Assembly (NCBI GenBank): GCA_965206985.1 | Contig: CBDBLF010000021.1 | Location: 38,204 to 102,203, forward strand | Origin: Spirochaetota bacterium | GTDB lineage: Bacteria; Spirochaetota; Leptospiria; Turneriellales; CBDBES01 | Reading direction: 5' to 3' | DNA: 64,000 nt | Shown: positions 63,626 through 64,000 of the stretch, one piece after another | How the letters are laid out: the number at the start of each line of letters is the position of its first letter | How positions within the stretch are numbered: the stretch's first letter is position 1 | Position numbers and translations under genes: made by a program | Notes under the pieces: model-generated | The model's input: the letters and a program-made list of their open reading frames with translations, nothing else | Told to the model about the DNA's origin: nothing | The model's database searches: none

Positions 63626-63775
63626 TGGAACTTCAGATCAATTAACTTCTTCAAAACCTGTTTGATCTATTGGTATTTCTGACCATCACACAAAAGATGG
63701 AGACAATCACCATCTGCGATTATCATTCAAGCTTACCCTTGAGTCAGCATATTGAGGCTACTTTTCAATGGAAAA

Positions 63776-64000
63776 CTAAAACGTATAATCAACACCTAAA
63801 TTAACTTGCCCAAGCTTTATGTGTCGGCTTTCCGAAATAAAATTAAAGTGTAAAGCCGCACTTTCGTAAGGTCTATATGAAAACCCTAGAGCATACTGAG
63901 GAGAACCTACACCTCCCTTTGGTCTAACAGCAAATTGACCTAATTTAACCGTCTTACCAGCCTCTTTATCGCCTTCACCAGCTTCGAATGTGCCGTCACT
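63776..64000 (-). CDS. C-terminal fragment of a probable outer-membrane beta-barrel protein (truncated by window edge)
   Basis: Open frame ending ...YALGFSYRP...VNLGVDYTF*, a typical beta-signal. Confidence 0.6.
   Translation of the reverse strand, partial: SDGTFEAGEGDKEAGKTVKLGQFAVRPKGGVGSPQYALGFSYRPYESAALHFNFISESRHIKLGQVNLGVDYTF

Overview
AT-rich bacterial chromosomal segment, most likely from a Leptospira/Turneriella-like spirochaete (Leptospirales-type 16S motifs; separate 16S and 5S genes with no 23S in the window; flhG-fliA; bactofilin/M23 pair). Most of it is housekeeping genes (ctaA, manA, der, lspA, gltA, ribD, gltX, queF, hldD, murI, serS, gmhA, hppA, rsmA, hisA, birA). It also holds a 1907-aa lipoprotein coupled to a FadL-like barrel and a leucine-catabolism (liu) cluster that looks foreign. 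The most striking structure is a 7.6-kb nested IS array at 26328-34001, directly upstream of the 16S promoter. Three head-to-tail copies of a 1279-bp IS481-like element are separated by 14/15-bp copies of the target site. The element has non-canonical ends and takes its transposase stop codon from the target DNA. Both IR-IR junctions carry a distinct IS1182-family copy inserted at exactly the same nucleotide, while the two non-junction copies of that IR are empty. A fourth IS481-like copy lies upstream of the 5S gene. Also present are a free IS1182 copy, a related 167-bp MITE, a decayed IS3 relic and an IS1-family element whose ORFs are in a +1 relationship. All calls come from visual inspection; no database searches were run.
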